This document shows, one piece after another, positions 57,378-64,000 of a DNA stretch of 64,000 nt. The notes under the pieces are model-generated. The model saw only the letters and a list, made by a program, of their open reading frames with translations, ran no database searches and was not told the origin of the DNA. Location: contig OZ024748.1 in NCBI GenBank assembly GCA_964016885.1, forward strand, positions 44,020,001-44,084,000, read 5' to 3'. Within the stretch, counting starts at the first letter, position 1, and each line of letters begins with the position of its first letter. Source of the DNA: Eledone cirrhosa (Eukaryota). The position numbers and the translations under genes were made by a program.

Positions 57378-58600
57378 CTAAGACCAAAGTTCTAGTTTGT
57401 AGGAAAGAAAACAAGGCGGCGGTCCCTTCTGGGAAATGGTCGTGCTCGGTATGTAGGAAAGGCGTAGGTAGAAACTCCATCTTATGTCCTAAATGCAAAG
57501 TATGGGTGCATAAAAGATGTAGTGGGATCACAGGTAAGCTAACTAAGAACATAGACTTTACATGTGGCCGGTGTTCTGGTGCAATAAGTAGCAGCAAGTG
57601 CCCACAAACTACTAGCTCTTTCAATTGCGCAGAGGGTTCTATAGAAATAGTGGACAGCTTCCGTTACCTGGGCGATAAAATCAGCAGTGGGGGAGGGTGC
57701 TCTGAAAGTACTGTAGCTAGAGTCAGAACTGGTTGGAAAAAGTTCAGAGAGCTTATACCACTATTAGCTGCTAAAGGGTTCTCCCTAAAAATGAAAGGCA
57801 GGTTGTACGATGCCTGCATACGAACAGCAATGTTGCATGGTAGTGAGACCTGGGCATTGTGTGCAGAGGATATACGCAGACTAGAGAGGAACGAAGCTTG
57901 CATGCTCCGCTGGATGTGTAACAGTAATATACGTGAACGGCAAAGCATAAACGAACTAAGGAAAAAATTAGAGATAAGAGGGATCAGATGTTGTTTACTC
58001 GAGAGAAGGCTGCGTTGGTATGGACACGTGATGCGCATGAAAGTCGATAGCTGTATTACAAAGTGCAGGGCAATAAAGATAGACGGTAGCCACGGAATAG
58101 GCAGACCTAGAAAAACATGGGATGAGCTGATAAACTCCGACCTCACACACTTACACCCTCTCCAAGACAATGTCACTGGACCGTGACCTTTGGCGGTACT
58201 CAGTAACAGAGAAGACCCGCCTTGCCAGTAGGCATCTCTAACAAACTACACCCCGTCCCGCCACCACCCCCCACCCCATCCACACCACTCCGTTCCATGT
58301 AAAGTTATGTTGGTGCCGCGCCTTCCAGGCCGAAACAAACGAGATCGTGTAGGTGTCACGACAAAAAAAACACACAGTCCACGCTGTAATGTGGCCGTGT
58401 AGGCAACACGGTAAAAACCTCCCAGACCCACACTGTAAATGTGGTTGGTGTTAGGAAGGGCATCCAACTGTAGAAAACCTGCCAGACAGTCCTATGCGAG
58501 CAAGACAATCACTCTTGCCTCAAGTGGGACTACCCCCGTCCAAACCCATGCAAGCGTGGAACACGGACGTTAAACGTTGATGATGATGATGATGATGATA
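57378..58600 (+). mobile_element. RTE LINE (second subfamily), 5'-truncated
   Basis: KTKVLV..CSVC..FRYLG..RRLRWYGHV..GRPRKTW; (GAT)n tail. Confidence 0.95.
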
Positions 58601-58683
58601 TGTGTGTGTGAATATATATATATGTGAATATATATATATATGTGAATATATATATATATGTCAATATATATATATAACTTTGA

Positions 58684-59117
58684 ATAACTTTGAAATGTTT
58701 TGGCCAGTATTGGCCCAGGCCATGTCTAACTTAATAGCACCACCTGGCGAAGTCTTTCAATTCAGGATTTGGGCACCATGGCCCATTCGAGAAGAGAATT
58801 ACTGTTTGCGGAGACATATCCGGGTGTGGGTGGTTTGTCCGGGATTACTTGGAGGAATTTTGTCCAAAGACTTCTTGAATTTTGTGTGGTCAGTTTCTGT
58901 TTTGACGTGTCCTGGTGTGATGTTGAAGAGAGCAGGGCCGATTGAGGTGAAATAATTGTACCGTATTGTTGTTATGAGTTGCGATTTAGATTTTTGAATG
59001 GGACGGATAGCACGGGGCCCAAGCCTTGGGTGTATCTTGAAGGCGATGCCAACATCATTTGGGCAGTGATGATGGAACATTTTCCACATCATGCAGATAA
59101 TATAACGCTCACGGCGT
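58684..59117 (-). mobile_element. CR1/L2-group LINE 3' fragment
   Basis: [30 protein letters not shown]; inverted copy of 60520-60897. Confidence 0.85.
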
Positions 59118-60100
<983 letters not shown>

Positions 60101-60897
60101 AAGACAAATTCGAACTGATCCACTTTGGAAAAGAGGATGCTCTGAAACTCCCGTACTCCCTTCCCTCCGGGGAAACTCTCGTGGCATCTAACAACATCAG
60201 AGACTTGGGAGTAACCGTGGACAGCAACATAAGCTGGACCACGCATATAAGCAGCAAAGTTGACATGGCCCGCAGAATGTGTTCCTGGATCCTCAGAACC
60301 TTCCAGTCGAGAGATTCCCGCACCATTATCCTTCTCTTCTCTACTTTTGCCCGACCACACCTTGAATACTGTTGTCCACTGTGGTCTCCCCACACGAAAC
60401 AAAGTATCATGAAACTTTAAGCTCCTCAAAGGGCAATCACGAAAAAGATAGATGGCGTGTCAGACCTTGACTACTGGGGTCGATTAGAAAACCTGAAACT
60501 TTACTCACTCCAACGTCGCCGTGAGCGTTATATTATCTGCATGATGTGGAAAATGTTCCATCATCACTGCCCAAATGATGTTGGCATCGCCTTCAAGATA
60601 CACCCAAGGCTTGGGCCCCGTGCTATCCGTCCCATTCAAAAATCTAAATCGCAACTCATAACAACAATACGGCACAATTATTTCACCTCAATCGGCCCTG
60701 CTCTCTTCAACATCACACCAGGAAATTCTCCAAGTAATCCCGGACAAACCACCCACACCCGGATATGTCTCCGCAAACAGTAATTCTCTTCTCGAATGGG
60801 CCATGGTGCCCAAATCCTGAATTGAAAGACTTCGCCAGGTGGTGCTATTAAGTTAGACATGGCCTGGGCCAATACTGGCCAAAACATTTCAAAGTTA
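60101..60897 (+). mobile_element. CR1/L2-group LINE 3' fragment
   Basis: [49 protein letters not shown]. Confidence 0.9.
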
Positions 60898-60923
60898 TAT
60901 ATGTATATATATGTATATATATG

Positions 60924-60954
<31 letters not shown>

Positions 60955-60955
60955 G

Positions 60956-60990
<35 letters not shown>

Positions 60991-61538
60991 GTATATATAT
61001 ATGTATATATATGTATATTATATGTATATATATATATATGTATATATATGTATATATATATATATATAGATATATATAGATATATGTATATATATGTATA
61101 TATGTATATGTATATATATATGTATATATATATGTATATATATATGTATATATATATGTATATATATATGTGTATATATATATGTATATATATATGTGTA
61201 TATATATATGTATATATATATGCATATATATATATGTATATATATATATGTATATATATATGTATATATATATATATGTATATGTATATATATGTATGTA
61301 TATGTATATGTATATATGTATATGTATATATATGTATATATATGTATATATATATATATATGTATATGTATATATATATATATGTATGTATATGTATATG
61401 TATATATGTATATGTATATGTATATATGTATATGTATATATATGTATATGTATATATATGTATATGTATATATATGTATATGTATATATATGTATGTATA
61501 TATATGTATATATATGTATATGTATATATGTATTAATA
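60898..61538. repeat. (TATATG)n-type satellite running into the gap
   Basis: Low-complexity array. Confidence 0.95.
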
Positions 61539-61738
61539 NNNNNNNNNNNNNNNNNNNNNNNNNNNNNNNNNNNNNNNNNNNNNNNNNNNNNNNNNNNNNN
61601 NNNNNNNNNNNNNNNNNNNNNNNNNNNNNNNNNNNNNNNNNNNNNNNNNNNNNNNNNNNNNNNNNNNNNNNNNNNNNNNNNNNNNNNNNNNNNNNNNNNN
61701 NNNNNNNNNNNNNNNNNNNNNNNNNNNNNNNNNNNNNN
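61539..61738. other. Assembly gap (200 N)
   Basis: Run of N; contiguity across it is unproven. Confidence 1.
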
Positions 61739-62958
61739 CTAGCCCCTTTTCAAACGAGTAACATACTATATAAGTACCCAATTATTAAAAAGTTTGTATT
61801 ATTTCCCTTAAAATTTAAACTGACCGGTTTTGAAATCTTGTCATCGCCCCCCCCCTCCCCTCCCCTCCGTTGTATAAAATCCACAGTGTCTCAAAAATAA
61901 AATTATAAACACATCGTCGTCGGACAAGATGAAATATATTATTTCAGCATTTAAAAAATAAATATTTGAAGTACGAGTTTTAAAAAAAAATGTATCTTTG
62001 TCAGCAAATTTTGTAACATTTTGTTTTTTCTTCTAATTTAAATATATGATATTTGATGTTGGTCTTTATTCCTGTTAGTTATCTGTTCTTGAGTTCACCA
62101 TCTGTTCTCTAGTCTATTTATTGCCCCAAACCAAATGTAGTTGTCATCAGATTTCATGGAGAAATACTGTCTAGGTTTTTATAGAAAGTTTTCGTTAATT
62201 TTCAATATCTGGGTTAACCCTTTTCCTTGCCATATTTCTAATGCAACACACAGCCTCCTCTCTTTCAGTTAAGTTATAAAATAATGAAGAATTTAATAAA
62301 ATAACTTTTTCTTATTAAGCAGGATTTTGGAAACACAGGCCTAACAAAAAGATGTTAGATAAATTATGAGATATTTTAGTATAACTATGATCACCTTTAA
62401 AGGAACAATTTTGTATCATAAAACCAACGACAGTTGCAGTCGAGCTGCTATTAAAGGGGTTAACATTAAACACATGTATTTTTGATATTCCCTCTTCAAT
62501 ATGTAACTTTTTTTCTGGAAAAATGTTTGTGCTCTTAAAAAGATATGCCTTTGTAATTGTGATTCTTAAAGCATTTCGTTTTAGTAATTTATAAGGCAAA
62601 TGGTAGATTTCTTAATTTGATTTCTTTCATAAATTGTCTGTGTGTGTGTGTGTGTGTGTATATGGTATATACAATCCCGCATCAAATAGAACAAAACCAT
62701 CTAACCCATGCTAGCGTGGAAGATGATATATATATAATAAAAAGGACGAGGTGTTAGATCTTCATTACATTTGAGGTGTGACACGTGTTTCACAATTGAT
62801 CAGCTCAAGGTTCGATCGGGCCTGACTCTGGAATGAAAAGCTCATTGGACTTCTGTTATAGTAATGACTTAGTTCGAAACCAATACACTCACTGGAAACT
62901 ACGCATTGAGTGCTCACTTTGGTGAACCTGCCGTAACTGGATGTTACAATCCCTAAAC

Positions 62959-62991
<33 letters not shown>

Positions 62992-63674
62992 TATATATAT
63001 AGTGTGTGTGTGTCTTAGAAGACTGATAAAGAAATCAATAAACTTAGTACTAGAGTTGATCTGATAGACTAAATGAAGGTGGTAACCAAGCATGGCTGCA
63101 TTCTAATGACAAACCAGTGAATATGTCTATCATCATCATCGTTGTGTCTGGGAAATGGGCAATAATACAAACCGTATCTATGTAGAATTTGAGATTGGTG
63201 AAAACTGTCAAAATATTGACCCTCCACTCTTTCTACCATTGATGTTTTGGTCACATATCCCTTGGTTTATATTTCTGTATATATGGTTATTAGAGCCATC
63301 TTTCAGATGGGTTAGGGGCCACATCTTGCTTACATAATATAAATATAGACACTGTAGTAGTGTACCATGCATTTTATCATGGAACCAGCATCAGGGAAGT
63401 TGTCTATGACACTACCTTTTGTTTTGCATGGTTTCTACAGCTGGCTGTCCTTCATATCACCAACCACATTTACAGAGTATACTAGGTGCATTTTATCATG
63501 TAACCAACACTGCATAGTATTTTCCAAATTGCAAAAATATATTTTTCTAGACTTGATTTAGGCTTTTTTTTTTTTGTCGATAATGGTAACTTTATAAATT
63601 TCAAAGCATTTTGAAAATAATGAAGAATTTGGGGGGGGGGATTTAATAAAATAACTTTGGATTCTTTTGGTCTC

Positions 63675-64000
63675 TACCCACTGTCATATATCGTTATAGT
63701 GCTGGCCGCCTATACACCATGCTGCTCTCAATGAGATTATAAAGCATGGCCAGGATAGCATGGGCTTCTGTTCTGGGATGCCACATGTTGTGACACCTCT
63801 TGTGGCAACCTGGTGCATTTGCCTATCAGTTCAGACTGAAGCGAGTAAACTTATCTAGGTATTGGCTGCTCTCTGATAGGTTTGTTGTTGAGCTTATGGC
63901 AGTGGAGACTTGCTGTTCTTTGCCCCTGGACCACATCCCTGTTTATGGCTATTGGAGCAGAGTTGGCTACCAGTAAGTGCGAGGTGGAGTGGCTGTTGTA
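63675..64000 (+). mobile_element. Degenerate CRE-clade retrotransposon fragment
   Basis: SAGR..HAALNEIIK, LFWDATCCDT, RYWLLSDRF..MAVET; homologous to 12150-12445. Confidence 0.65.

Noticed and set aside
61533-61900. ORFs spanning X runs
   Set aside because: Produced by the N gap.
62050-62600. Minus-strand ORF remnants, vaguely Ulp1/transposon-like
   Set aside because: Multiple stops and no diagnostic catalytic motif.
62845-62890. Possible CK2alpha exon 2 (AG-TAATGACTTAGTTCGAAAC)
   Set aside because: Only LVR resembles the expected peptide; no KLGRGKYSEVF follows.

Overview
Very AT-rich, repeat-dominated animal genomic DNA. The SINE and RTE families and the dense (TA)n tracts suggest an octopus/coleoid cephalopod, but this is inference only. 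There is a 200-N scaffold gap at 61539-61738. Two host genes are recognisable: the first coding exon of casein kinase II alpha (45924-46018, +; absent from the ORF track) and an intronless, atypical caspase-family gene (11069-11786, -) with two homopolymer frameshifts. The rest is nested mobile DNA: Tx1/L1, RTE, CR1-like, R4/Dong and CRE non-LTR retrotransposons, Penelope-like elements (PLEs), a non-coding LTR element with a tRNA-Trp PBS, Tigger, mariner, piggyBac-like and Helitron-like elements, tRNA-derived SINEs and over 12 kb of TA-derived satellite. The main hidden structure is about 15 type I hammerhead ribozyme cores (about 9 intact) in short, mostly non-coding PLE-like inserts that form inverted/fold-back duplications at (TA)n tracts. 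The largest is a 12-kb nested palindrome (12450-24686) centred on a PLE whose hammerhead carries catalytic-core mutations in both arms. Other notable items are Tx1 families apparently targeting (TATC)n and (TAA)n, a SINE 3' end matching a Tx1 3' end, and a PBS extended past tRNA A58 with a mismatch exactly at that position. All alignments and folds were done by eye, and long-element boundaries are approximate.
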